Positions 24,801 through 36,400 of a stretch of DNA of 64,000 bases are shown piece after piece. Both the position numbers and the translations under genes were made by a program. The first letter of the stretch is position 1; every line of letters begins with the position of its first letter. A model generated the notes under the pieces. That model made no database searches. It was not told the DNA's origin and saw only the letters and a program-made list of their open reading frames with translations. The DNA lies in the NCBI RefSeq assembly GCF_037042905.1, contig NC_087255.1, positions 28,458,001-28,522,000 of the forward strand, written 5' to 3'. The stretch is from Lytechinus pictus (taxonomy: Eukaryota).

Positions 24801-26602
24801 CTACCTTGGTATTAAAGCAGTAGTCCCACTGGTAACCGACTAGGAAGGTAAGAGGTATCAGCGGAACAAGAGCCGCCTTGCTACCTTTAGCAGCGCTGTG
24901 TAATTAGCAAATAATAAGAAATTGTCCATGTCATTGAATTATGGATGAAACTACCTCAAACATCAAAGTGATTGGATTTTTTTACATACATAAATACAAT
25001 ACCCAATTAATATGTCCAAGTTTTATGAACTTGACCAATATACTTTCAAAGTTATGACGGTAATTCAACAAATACCCCCTTATTTGGCCAAATTTCATTG
25101 ACCCTAACTGACCTTTGACCTTAATCATGTGACCTGAAACTTGCACAGGATGTTCAGTGATACTTGATTACTATTATGTCCAGGTTTCATGAATCAGATC
25201 CATAAACTTTCAAAGTTATGACGGTAATTCAACAAATACCCCCTATTTGGCCAAAGTTCATTGAACCTAACTGACCTTTGACCTTAATCATGTGACCTGA
25301 AACTTGCACAGGATGTTCAGTGATACTTGATTACTATTATGTCCAGGTTTCATGAATCAGATCCATAAACTTTCAAAGTTATGATGGTAATTCAACAGAT
25401 ACCCCCAATTTGGCCAAAATTCAATGATCCTAAATGACCTTTGACCTTGGTCATGTGACATGAAACTCATGCAGGATGTTTAGTAATACTTGATTAACTT
25501 TATGTCCAAGTTTCATGAACTAGGTCCATATACTTTCTAAGTTGTGATGACATTTCAAAAACTTAACCTTAGGTTAAGATTTTGATGTTGATTCCCCCAA
25601 CATGGTCTAAGTTCATTGACCCCAAATGACCTTTGACATTGGTCATATGACATGGAACTCAGGCAGGAAGTTTAGTAATACTTGATTAACCTTATGGCTA
25701 AGTTTCATGAACTAGGTCCATATACTTTCTAAGTTATGCTGTCATTTCAAAAACTTAACCTTTGGTTAAGATTTGGTGTTGACGCCGCCGCTGTCGGAAA
25801 AGCGGCGCCTATAGTCTCACTCTGCTATGCAGGTGAGACAAAAACAGCACCTCAGTGTTGAACATTAATTCACTGCTTATTGAGTTACATTAAAAATCAT
25901 TATTCACGAGGTCCAATTTCACAAAAACTAATTCTGTAACCATCATTTTGAATTCACATTTATAAATTGAGGGCAATTTGTCTTACCCAGCCAAGCCTGC
26001 TACTGCAACGACACCGTAGAATGAAGCTAACCAATTAAAGAGTTCTCTCGACCCTGCAAGCTGCATCGCCATACCACGTTCTCTCATCTTATTCTGCATC
26101 TGAATTTGACGTTGGACCTGGAAAATAAACAAATAATACAACAATTCAATGCATCCAGATCACAGAGTGATATTGGAGTTGTGAGATAAAATAATTGAGA
26201 ATAATTTTTTCCATATTTAGAGAGTATCATACAAAACGGTCCATTCAAAAGGGTGACTCTTCAAATGCACTTATAGTTAAAAATCATGATGAAAAAGACC
26301 ACACAGACAGGTCAATTTTTTGTGTAGTCCAATACATTCATTTAGGCTTGCAGTGCATGAGACTCCAGCTGAATTGTGCCAAATCATTATCATTGTAGTG
26401 GTTTAATCTAATTTAATATTTGACAGAAATATTCAGGATTATGAATTCTTGAAAGGATGAACCCAAATAGACTCTGCCCGCAAGAGCCTTGTTTCATTCT
26501 ACATCTAATGTTATAACTTACAGTGGTAACTTGCATTTCCGTCATGAATTCCTTGTTCTTCTTGAAACTCTCATCCATTGATTTAGCCATAAGCGACCCC
26601 AT
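18816..26602 (-). CDS. PLGRKT: Plasminogen receptor (KT) homolog, 143 aa, 4 coding exons
   Basis: Exons 26602-26522, 26117-25987, 24895-24789 and 18928-18816, all GT-AG and in phase. MGSLMAKSMDESFKKNKEFM..QRQIQMQNKMRERGMAMQLAGSRELFNW..ALVPLIPLTFLVGYQWD..EAECILNEE..LPNGLPTFEDIEAAR matches the PLGRKT family. The ATG exon has an upstream acceptor (26628-26629), so a 5' UTR exon exists further right. Confidence 0.93.
19555..19690. repeat. DIRS internal complementary region (ICR)
   Basis: Reverse complement of the left terminus (19330-19405) fused at ...cttccta|ttttactacg... to the reverse complement of the right terminus (24124-24181). Confidence 0.9.
19828..20787 (-). CDS. DIRS tyrosine recombinase (SAM-like N-domain plus catalytic domain)
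   Basis: STKSQY..W, SLNTARSAL, HPLVNRFMKG, WDV, SAQR (R), K, HSTR (HxxR), AGW, TFQTFY (Y). True start uncertain because it overlaps the RT ORF. Confidence 0.92.
   Translation of the reverse strand: MLQAWSGLYAKQGLTQRTIDVIAASWKGSTKSQYQVYIRKWKKFCAKRHINYLQVKVCDVLAFLTFMLDEEKVGYSSLNTARSALDGCQPLGSHPLVNRFMKGVFHLSPPAPRYSSIWDVKVVMNYLRKLSPAKALNLKQLKQKLTMLIALVSAQRVQSLHVIHLDRMRWNKSSVEIAFENTLKQNKPGNTGLNVTLKAYPPDRRLCIMNYMKEYVQRTKNLRGMERHLLVTCKKPHHRATKQTIARWIKTVMHEAGIDTELFHAHSTRAASTSAAQRSEVPVSEIMSRAGWVSEKTFQTFYCKPLQNTGQFSQAVLKH
20730..22835 (-). CDS. DIRS pol: reverse transcriptase, RNase H and C-terminal adenine-methyltransferase-like domain
   Basis: VGGRL, DLRDAY, LPNGLSSAP, YLDD (RT); TDAS, INVLE, TDN, ADRMSR (RNase H); DLFAS, DAF, YAFPPF, VPNWPTQVW (MT). 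Confidence 0.95.
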   Translation of the reverse strand: MEEKSSTGPSHIHTDSSSGGTSSPTVQRVQPRAGQKVEKLPDFDKVGKTSNLPRSTQNYDFPVGGRLKLYAHKWGELTSDSFILQAVQGYKLEFDPLKFPPRREKPLHEFKRNSEETAVITEEINKLLEKNVIESCDHIKGEFISNIFTRPKKNGGLRIILDLSELNKSISYCHFKMDNIRTALPLISQDDYLASVDLRDAYFTVPIHPESRKYLRFVWQGKLWQFQALPNGLSSAPRLFTKLLKPVFASLREKGHIVIGYLDDTLIIAKTAKKSEAAVKATTTLLSELGFIIHPEKSVLDPTCEITFLGFNLNTRDMSVRLPREKQENIKQSCRELMGNQNPQTRKVARVIGQLVASCPAVQYGPLFYRALEKDKIFALAKNKGHFDRQMTLSRESIYELQWWIFNIDSQFNPMQRAKPDVEIHTDASGKGWGATDLSFSTGGRWNSEEMALANQNKINVLETIAVSHGLKAFCSEKKNIHVLVRTDNTTAVAYLNNMGGTKSPECNRAAINIWKWCINNDIWLTAAHLPGRLNIEADRMSRKFSDSTEWMLNKRIFQKIVERFGIPEIDLFASRLNKQVNRYISWRPDPEALAVDAFTVDWGQWEFYAFPPFSMIPLCLQKIQKDKACGILVVPNWPTQVWFPVLNSMLVEEPMLVRKNKTLLCQPVTGTPHPLNNHLSLLCCRLGADSMPNKASHKGQ
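22724..23998 (-). CDS. DIRS gag-like ORF1
   Basis: 424-aa ORF first in the element. YPCPSNC..PKVN..IW..DVKLQRVQ..RKELIKPDL..YLFGDDL followed by a basic tail is typical of DIRS1 ORF1. Confidence 0.85.
   Translation of the reverse strand: MKDLKDKRSAGVAVEKEKDKNSDRVAAEISSMELENVSLADRAAAAKGTTGSERTRGVPAVQKSSDRSAVATARPKTCKSKDEIGMVNNRLDRLEGLLCQFMEALPNKQDDMAGMGHAQPERHFDLGRSETASTASHTEGIMEVEDESTSAELESCTEMTESLKVPAFAAKFAVASDIGQPLEEELANSVNYLMSHHLEEKVLDETSSKYPCPSNCRVIDTPKVNQTIWDNLSASVRTKDVKLQRVQKSLTRGISAYVSLLDPNNMSSEQQDVLALLCNANFEMNALRKELIKPDLNTKFTHLCKPTNPVTKYLFGDDLGKQVKDLQDQHKAAAGVMKGGYKKPKPSYRPYPSQGHERRYKEAGWTSRTSYSDSPGSASRPFLGQRTQWRRRAPQVPHTFTPTAAREGHQAPQFRESSQGQGRK
24920..25843. repeat. Helitron/Helentron-like non-autonomous element with internal 163-192-bp tandem repeats, in a PLGRKT intron
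   Basis: gacctttgac core at 25110, 25273, 25436 and 25628; ends in hairpin gtctcac...gtgagac followed by an A-run. The tandem repeat is clear; the superfamily is inferred. Confidence 0.65.
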
Positions 26603-27035
26603 TGTGAAGTCTTAGCGGGTTTACAAGCTAAAAGAAAAAAAAAGATAAGTACAAGTTAGTATATAAGGCACTCATTGAATGAACAAGGTTATGATATAAC
26701 CTTGTTCTCTGTTGTATCTCCATGTGTGGCAAAATAAGGGTGGCAATGTTTGGCTTATTTTCTCTTTTTCTTTGGGATATTTTAATGATTTTTTAAAGTG
26801 TGTGCTCTGTACAGCATTGGCATACCATATTCCTACCTGTAGATTCCCCACAGGCAGGATGGTTGCAGTGAGCTAGTGGTATAAGGCTACTTGTTTTCTG
26901 AAAACACCCTGTCTGTTTATGTTAAGTCTGGGGAACACACAAGGACACACACAACAATATAGGCCTTTATATCTTAGATAGAAAAATAAATGCGCCACAT
27001 AAAAACGGTCATTGCATATATACAAAGGTCTTTAA

Positions 27036-27618
27036 AGGAGAAGGAAACTCTTGGAGCAAGTTAGCTTTTGTGAAAGCAGAAAAATCAAAGAATAAGATCA
27101 ACAAAAGTTTGAGTAAAATAGGACTAGCAATAGAAGAGTTATGAGCATTTGAATGTCGAGATCACTAATGCTATGGAGATCTTCCCATTGGCAACGCGAC
27201 CAAGATCTATGATGTCACAGATGAACAACTCTCCCCTTTTGGACACTGAAAATATACCCCAAAACATCTCTTTTTGCTCATTCTAATCATATAACAAACG
27301 ATTCATCAATGATATAATGTTGTGAAACCTCTGTACTTGTCCTCTCATAAAGAGAACACCTCACCTTGTGATAGACTCTATAAAAGTGAGAATATAAGTG
27401 AAATAAGTACTAAAGTAATGAGGGAGTTGTACGTGTGTGACATCACAGATCTTGGTCGCATTGCCAATGGGAGGAACTACATGGCATTAGTGATCTCAAT
27501 ATCAAATGCTCATAACTTTCTTATTATTCATTCAATCTTCCTCAAACTTTCAACAATATGTTTCTTTGATTTTTCTCTTTGATATGGATTCAGCTGGTTT
27601 CAAGGGTTTCATTCTCCT
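27036..27618. mobile_element. Kolobok-like palindromic MITE, TTAA TSD
   Basis: ttaa|aggagaa ... ttctcct|ttaa with long imperfect inverted arms. Confidence 0.8.
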
Positions 27619-28256
27619 TTAATTATAATCTTGACTGCAATTTCTCTTTATTTACAACTAGTGCATTAAAATTATCTTACCTTTGGTAAATTTTTGGGGA
27701 GGGCCTTTATTGGTGTAATATATAGAAATGAATTGTGTAATGTTTTTTTTTTCAAATTCAAAAACATAGAATAAGGAATTTTAAAAAAATGGCCAAGGTA
27801 TATGATAAATATCTGGACTAGGAAGTGACAGAATAAATAAGGATGGATACACCAGAATTCTATTCCGGAAAGAAGTTGCGATCAAACGCAAATCTAAAAA
27901 ATTACGCAACTTGATTTTTCCTCCAAGCAAAAGAGCGCATTTGGGAATTGGGACTAGCATTTGATATCTTGTCTTGCATTTAAACACAACTCTCTGCAAT
28001 GGGCCATGGATAAAAGTGGTTAGTATACAAGTAAGTGTAGATTGGATGATTGATCAAGTTCTAGCCCCTGAGGTTATTAAAATGAAGAGGAATTATTATC
28101 AAACGCTAATCATTTGATTTATAAACAAAAGAGATCTTTTTTTAAACTTTCATATCAATGCATAAATTTGCATCACAGATGTTCACATTTCTAAGGTAGT
28201 CAACTTTAACTGCATTGTTTGGTTAAAAAAATGTTCTTCTCCTTTGTTGTTCAGCC

Positions 28257-28840
28257 CCCGGGGGGGCCACTTACATTGACGAGTGGATACCATGCGCGAC
28301 CAAAAAAACACGCAAAAAGGATGTCTTTTTCAAGATAGGGCACGTTACTTACGTAACGTGATAACTGATAAGGGTGTCAAAAACACTAAAATAATGAAAA
28401 AAGGGTATCTATTTTCGCTAGGGAAGCTACGTGTTTAGGGTCAAATTTGCGAGGGTGTAAAAAATTAAGACTAAAATGTTTTATAAAGGATGTACTTTTT
28501 CCCCAAGAGTCAACACTACGTGTTTAGAGTATGATTTGGGCGAGATGTGGGATGTGGGGCTGTACTAAACCAAATGATGTGGGTGAAGGTAGGCCGACGA
28601 CCGACGTCCGTGACATAACAATGAAAATATCGCTGTACTTGCTTAGGGGGTCAATTCAGGGAACTTGACAAGAGTATCGTTTTGTTTCCAATACTTGTTA
28701 AGGGTATGGTTTCACACGCCAATACTTGTTAAGGGGTGCATTTCCAGAAAATGGAAAATACGTGTTTAGCCTTTAGGGTGCTTTTAGAGACCCCATGGTC
28801 GCGCATGGTATCCACTCGTCAATGGAAGTGGCCCCCCGGG
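28257..28840. mobile_element. CCCGGG-terminated non-autonomous DNA transposon, 8-bp TSD
   Basis: About 45-bp TIR (cccgggggggccacttacattgacgagtggataccatgcgcgacc); gttcagcc at 28249-28256 and 28841-28848. Truncated relative at about 59316-59580. Confidence 0.9.
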
Positions 28841-30392
28841 GTTCAGCCTTCAGGGCCTGGAGAGAGGAGAGAGTTTTAGCTTTGCCTTGTGAAGTTTCTG
28901 TGTTCTTTATTTTGATGGTCAAATGCAAGAGATTTTTTAGTAAGTATTTGTCTACAAACTACAGTCTACTGAGCTGAGATTGTAATAAAATTTAATTAAA
29001 GCGCAGAATGTTCCAGAGAAGCAGGGCCACAGAAAATCCAAACATGATTGATAATGGGATTTTTGCTAGTACCCTGCATGATTAGTTTTGCAATAGCATC
29101 AAACATTTCATTTTCATTTGTCTCTTTAAAAGAGTTTTGAGTTTCATTTCACTTGGTCTTGACTTGGGCCTGGCATTCCATTTCTAATTTCTTTTTCTAT
29201 CATTTTTCAAGTTCAATTTAAGTTACAAGTTTGAGTCAAAGCTGGGTTAATAGCCATAACCTCACACAACAGATGTGACAAAGAAAGGGCTTTGGTAATA
29301 CCTGAAGATCTAGATCTCTCCACATGAGGATACATATCACGGAAACGTGTCGTCTCTCATTTATTTGCGTGCAAAAGAAATCGCATGCACCGGGAATGGA
29401 AATAGCCTCCACAGCAGCATTGCCATTAGACAACTTGTTCATTGACATTGGATGTTATTTTACACACTAAAATAAGTCAGTCACTAAATCGAATTATACA
29501 GTTTATCTTCTCACGAAAATGAAAATTATCAGTGCCATTCATTTTAAATATCAATTCAATTTACTTTAAAGGAAAACTGCGTTTATCTAAACTTACTTCG
29601 AATCTCAAAAATGCTGCAATCTGACTCTCGACTTCGTGAATTAGTTGTTTGACTGCGTAGTCTATCAATAACATCTGCGACAAAGATACTTTGTCCAAAC
29701 TGCTAAAGTAAACGGCTAAAAAACGTATAACTATCGATGTGTATAAAGCAATAGACTGCACAAAAATCCAAAATATTTCATTTTAAATGAAATGACACAT
29801 AGATCGCAAATTTTCCGCTGTTAGATCTATTTTATTTTTCAAGTAGATAAATACGATTGAATTTTAGACTAATACATGATGAGTAGGCGTGGCCAATAAT
29901 TGATGCAGTGCATGATATGCATGCGAGATCGAGATTGAGATAGCCCTAATGATCAACAATAATGATAACAACAATAACAAAAACATCATCATCACTAATC
30001 AATAACGGCTATCAGATATTTGTTTTCGGTAATTCAATTTTATGTATTTTCCAATCCATTTTTTCTTATTTCTATGTACTTATGTAATTGTTTATATATA
30101 ATAAAAAATGTCATCAGTAGGCCTAGTTATTNNNNNNNNNNNNNNNNNNNNNNNNNNNNNNNNNNNNNNNNNNNNNNNNNNNNNNNNNNNNNNNNNNNNN
30201 NNNNNNNNNNNNNNNNNNNNNNNNNNNNNNNNNNNNNNNNNNNNNNNNNNNNNNNNNNNNNNNNNNNNNNNNNNNNNNNNNNNNNNNNNNNNNNNNNNNN
30301 NNNNNNNNNTTAAAAAATATAAAAACAGAGCTATAATATTTAGAATAAGAAATGAGATTATAAAGATCAAATGGGACTATATTAGATTTTAA

Positions 30393-30987
30393 AGGACAAG
30401 TCCTCCCCCAACATATTTGAATAAAAAGAGAAAAATCCAACAAGCACAACACACACAAAATTTCATCGAAATCAAATGTAAAATAAGAAAGTTATGACAT
30501 TTTTAAGTTTTGCTTAATTTCACAAAACAGTTATATGCACATCCTGGTCGGTATGCAAATGAGGAGACTGATGACGTCATCCACTCACTATTTCTTTTGT
30601 ATTTTATTATATGAAATATGAAATATTCTAATTTTCTTCTCATTATCAAGTGAACAACATTAATTCCTTCCTGAACATGTGGAATTAGCATTGTTTAATA
30701 CTATATGGTTCAGTCAAGTTGGTCCTTGTTAGCAAATCTGTAAAAAATGAAATATTGTATAAATCAAACAATAAAAAACAAAATAAATAGTGAGTGAGGG
30801 ACATCATCGACTGTCTCATTTGCATGTCACTGAGTTGTGCATATCACTGTTTTGTGAAAAACAAGCGAAACTTTAAAATTTCATAATTTTCTTATTTTAT
30901 GTCCGATTTTGATGAAATTTTCGGCGTTATGCTAGTTTGATTTTTCTTTATTATTCAAATCTACATTTTCTGGGGTGGACTTGACCA
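30393..30987. mobile_element. Kolobok-like MITE (TTAA TSD), same family as 44777 and 56607
   Basis: ttaa|aggacaagtcc ... ggacttgacca|ttaa; long inverted arms. Confidence 0.8.
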
Positions 30988-31204
30988 TTAAAAATGAAAT
31001 AGTAGCTTATGATAACTTGCAAGGTCAATCGTCACACTTTTTAGTACACACACACACACTCCCTCTCTCTCTCTAATTTCTTTCTTTCTTTATTTATTTT
31101 TTTATTTATCTATTTATTCATTCATTACTTTCTTTGATATTCATAGTTTTCTGCAGTCAAATGACTTTTATAAGCCGTTGGCAGTGGCACTTTCACATTT
31201 ATGT

Positions 31205-31860
31205 TACATTATCATTACCATTATCGTCATCAGTGTCATCATAATAACTGTCATTATCATCATCACCACCACCATGCATCATCAACANNNNNNNNNNNNN
31301 NNNNNNNNNNNNNNNNNNNNNNNNNNNNNNNNNNNNNNNNNNNNNNNNNNNNNNNNNNNNNNNNNNNNNNNNNNNNNNNNNNNNNNNNNNNNNNNNNNNN
31401 NNNNNNNNNNNNNNNNNNNNNNNNNNNNNNNNNNNNNNNNNNNNNNNNNNNNNNNNNNNNNNNNNNNNNNNNNATTATTACCATCATCGTTATCATCATC
31501 ATCATCATTACCTTCATCATCATCAACATCATTACCTTCGTCATCATGATAATAATAATAATCATCATCATCACTATTATCACCATCATCACTTTCATCA
31601 CCATCACCATCATCATCAACATAATTACCTTCATCACCATTACCATCATCACCCCACCATCACTATCATCACCATCATCATCATCACTATCACAATCATC
31701 ACTATCATCATCACCATCATCATCACTACCACCATCATCACCATCATTACCATGGTCATCATCATCAACACTGTCAATACCTTCATCACCATCATCATCA
31801 TCACCCCACCATCACTATCATCATCATCAACAACATCAACATAGACAACACTACCACCAA
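31205..31860. repeat. (CAT)n-type microsatellite with N gap (31288-31473)
   Basis: Degenerate atc/acc/att triplets. Confidence 0.9.
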
Positions 31861-32274
31861 TATTTATTTTCATCGTCATTGTCGTCTTCGTCCAGTCTTT
31901 GCTTTTACATTATCATCATCTTTATTTCATCAATAACACCCATCTCCATTGTATTCATGTTTATCACAATCGCCGTCATCGTTTTCGATCTCCTTGTCAC
32001 CATCTTCATCAATAAATGTATAGCATTATTGTACAGTAGGCCTATTGAAACACTGAGAATAAAAAGTCCAACCAAACGAATGCATTAAATTTCTTGTACA
32101 AAACTCATGTTTATTTAAAAAGCATTATCATTATAAGTAGTATACGATCAATCAGTTAATTTTTTTATCATGTCATTATGACGATTGTGTTTTATAAATG
32201 GAAATGACTAATTGCGCTTTATCTCTCCTCTTTTTCAGATTAAGCTAACAGTAGAGAAAGGGCAAGTCGTGAAA

Positions 32275-33019
32275 CAGAGGCGTCGATCCTGGGGGGCAGG
32301 GGGGCGATCGCCCCACCAATGAAAATATTGGGGAGGCAAACATCGTTTTGCCCCTCCCCCCAATAATTCCGCATGTGCAAAAAATAAAACAAGTAATGTT
32401 ATACAGAAATCAGCAAGCGAGATTGAGATACACAACTCGTTCTTTATTTAAAATCGTGCTCAAAATGTCTGCTTTTCAGATTGGAATATAAAAATTTTCA
32501 GCTCGCGCTTCGCGCTCGCATCATTTCTGTAGCAAAAACCAATACTTTTCATGATTAAATAGGTGAATAGAATGTCCCGTTTCAGTTTTAAACCTCAAAA
32601 GAACTCCCGCTTCGATTTGCAATAATCTTTTGTTGGATATATATCTTGTTCTTGATTAAAAATGTCCATTGAACTCATTTACATGTATTTTCAGATCGAA
32701 ATATCAAAATTTTCAGCTCGCGCTTTGCGCTCGCATCTATTGTTTTTTTTTAGATACCCATCTTAATCATTGGTACCAAAAATGCTTAGAATGTCAAGCT
32801 TTCAGGTCAGAATATAAAGAAAATTTCAGCTCGCTCTCAGCACTCGCATTATCTGTGTAGTGAGATATGTATCCTCCTCATGAGTTACCACAAACAGTCC
32901 TAAACAGGCACCTTTTTCCTGTTATCAGGTCAGGTCAGTATACTAAAAAATTTCAGCTCGCACTTCGCGCTCGCATTAATTTGTTGTTGAGATATGTGTC
33001 TCTATATCTCATGAGTCAT

Positions 33020-33093
<74 letters not shown>

Positions 33094-33207
33094 GTATATA
33101 GGCTTATGTATGTGTATGAGTTTGTTTTGTGTGATCGAGCGCCTTTGGAAAGTTGATTCATGATTTTGCCTCCCCCCCCCAATCTGAAAAATAGATCGAC
33201 GCCCCTG
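32275..33207. mobile_element. hAT-like non-autonomous element with internal repeats and (TA)n
   Basis: TIR cagaggcgtcgatc / gatcgacgcccctg; TSD tcgtgaaa vs tcatgaaa (7/8); internal ttcagctcgcgcttcgcgctcgcat-type motif x4. Confidence 0.8.
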
Positions 33208-33454
33208 TCATGAAAATGTTACGAAGCGAAACAAGTTAGTATCTACAGATAACTTTCCACTTATTGTCGGTTCTTATTTTCACCAATCAATCTATTTAAC
33301 TGATCAAGATAGTAATTAATCATATCATATTTGCGAATAGTTCTGAATAATTGCATGAAAGACTTATGATATTGCACTTGGGTAAATTATTTGTTCTATT
33401 TTTGCGCGAATACACTGAATGTCCCGTGAAACCTATCCCTCACCGCCAATCATC

Positions 33455-36400
33455 TTAGGCTATACGGTATATGGGTGCCGGTTTGACAGTCTCTCGAACC
33501 GGTGGTTGCATGGTTGTTTGTACTGCTGGCAGAGTTGCAGTGGTTGGTGGAAGCGTTTTTGGTCCTGCACCTGGTTTAGCCTTGCAGGTTGATGGACGAA
33601 TCTTGCCCAGCTTGTAGCGAGACTGAACTTGGTTTTTACTGAAGCAGATGGCGGCATCCCTGTCGCATTGGCACTTTGCCTCTGCGCATTGAGTCTTCCC
33701 GAAAACAAGCGTCCTCTCAATGTCATTGTAACTAGCTGATGCCTCTGTAATTAATGGAATGTTATTAAAAAAAATAATGAAGAATACAATTTTTTATTTA
33801 TTTTTTCAACGATGGTACATACTTAAACAGACAATAAAGAAAAACAATGTAGTAAATAGTAAAACAAAACGAGAACAGCAAACCGTCAAGGACAACAAAA
33901 ACAAATGTCAGCTAATTTTAACGCTAAAATGTAAAAAGCAAAAATATGATAATCCAGTAAGTACCGCGGATGGGGGGTGGTCGTGAGGCAGTGGTATCTA
34001 AACTGTTATATAATTAAAATGCTTTATTTTTTCATAGAATGACTGGGGTATCATAATAGCTTGCTCATGCAGTCCTTTCTTTTTAACTACTAATACTCAT
34101 CTTGTTTAATTCTCTCTTCCCTATTACCCTTTTCACTTTTTCCCTCTCGTTTTTCACAGTCTCACCACTTTGAAAATCATGGGGCGTCACCCCTTCCCCA
34201 GTGGCGTTACCATGACCCGTAGATCGATGAAACACCGAAAACTTACCTTGACGTTAAATTGTACTGTCTCGTTATATTTTGGAATGAAATTAGCAGTTAC
34301 CTTTACCTGTTATTTTTTTAATAAAACAACTGGCCGCAAGTTTCACGTCATCAAACTAGTGAAGCAGGGGGTAACGCAAGCCAGGCCTTTTTTATGGGAA
34401 GGCGACCTGTCTTTTCTTAATTTATTTACATGGGGAACAAAGAAACACATGATCAATTCCTCTCTTTCATGCTCTTCTTTCTTTATCTTCCATTTTCTTC
34501 TCCCGTTTTCCTCCTTTTTTCACTACTCTTGAAAAATGAAAGGGGCGCTTTCCCCTGTCTCACCAAGTAGCAACGCCCCCACGGAAAGGGGCATCGAATG
34601 AGATTAATATAATAGCATAGTACTTACTGCAAGTTATATTTGCAGACTGTTTCTTCCCACATCCCTTCATGTCCACGGTGTAGGGGTACATGAAAGCGAG
34701 TTTAGTACAGAGACCGGATGTTTCAAGCCTCTCAAGACATACATCGTGATCTTTGCAGCACCTGGAAAATAATTACAGGATAATTAAAACAAACTTTAAA
34801 CATTATAGTGTTAATGAGTATTGTCGATAGCTCAGTCGGGAGAGCGTTGGTTTCGCCGGGTGACACTCCACTTGGTGTGCTGTAGCACCATGTAGTAAAA
34901 CATTTGCCCTCACTGCCTAGTCCCTCGGAGAGGACATTAAGCCTTTGGTTCTCTGTTTGCTTGCTTACAAGCAACGCATAGGGACGCTATGGCATAATGT
35001 GATATGCGCTGTACAAAAACTGCGTTATTATTATTACTATTTCTTAGTAATCATGTAAAAGTCACCATCATCATAATCACCAAAATATTGAAGTTGCTAC
35101 TTTCTGGAAGTATTTTATAAGGATTTGTTGGATGTTGTATCCGGCAACGTCTATTTATCCGAAAGTTACCATAGTAACAGCAAGGCATCTGTACTTCTCA
35201 GCCAATCAAAATCAAGGAAAGTTTGAGGACCTAACAACTTTTCAGATGACGCTTGCTAAACACTAAAGCATGACATACAACGACACGGAGCATTTATTTT
35301 GAAAATATTTAGTCTTTAATTTAGTAATTATCATTGATATTGCCTCATGTGTCACTGTTATCGTCGCTATCATGATTTATTAATTTAAAAAACCGTTCAA
35401 TGAAATTTATATTATGCACATTTATAATCATGCTTGGGGACCTAAATAATTGTTTTTATTATTATATCTTGTTTGTTATTATTAGTTGTTTTATCGTTAC
35501 CAAACAGGATGATATTACACACCCTGTAGGGATATAAATAACAGAAATAAATGAATTAATAATAAATGAATCAATTAATTAATTAATAGAATAATAAATC
35601 AATTATTAATTGATTACGGAATTAAGTAAAAGTTGAACTTTTGATTAATGAATTAAGTAAAAGTTTAACTTTTGATTAATGAATCAATAAATACATTAAT
35701 CAATCCATTGATTAATTAATACAAATGTATGATAATTCTTACTGATCCACGCTATCAAGAACAGGTCTGCCTTCTCCTCCGTTGAACAGGCCACAGTGGC
35801 ATCCGTATCCATGGTAACGAAGAGGATTCTTCTTGGTTGTGCATTTGATCATAAGCCCAAAGTGAACAAACAGGTCACTGGGCGCCAGAGAGCCACCATC
35901 GACAAGCTCCCCTGTTTGATGAGCAAAAGAAAGTTATAAAGTATAATTGTTAATTTGAACGTTTACATATAGGTACAAGGTCGTACGATTTTTCTTCGGA
36001 ATTGATTCTCGTTAAAAGGTAATATGATAGTTTTCCTTTTATGCATTTCACCCTTCTCTCTTTCCTTTCTACTTTCATTCTTTTTTTCTTTGTCGTGATT
36101 TGGTTAGGGGTTTTTTTTTGGGGGGGAACAGGCGCCCCAAGCCCCTATCTGTACGCAACTGTACGTATGTACGCCACTTTACGTCAACCACCAAATGGGC
36201 ATATTTCATAATAAAGAAAGCACGAGTAGGATTAAATTGGATTGGGGTCAATTTCCCTATTATGATCGCTGTCATGCTTGTTCAAGGGGCAGCGACATAT
36301 TGTGAGTAGGTGCGAGCGAACGCCCCACATCCCGCCCACCCTCAGTGCCTTTTTCAAGTAGTGAAAGTTAAACCAAGAGGAGAAATATGAAGGGAAAATG

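Noticed and set aside
30020-32088. Long ORFs with poly-X/I/H/M tracts (also 46425-46764 and 54346-54828)
   Set aside because: Artefacts of N gaps and triplet microsatellites.
34824-34900. tRNA gene
   Set aside because: A-box only, with no T-arm/B-box or acceptor stem; called a SINE relic instead.
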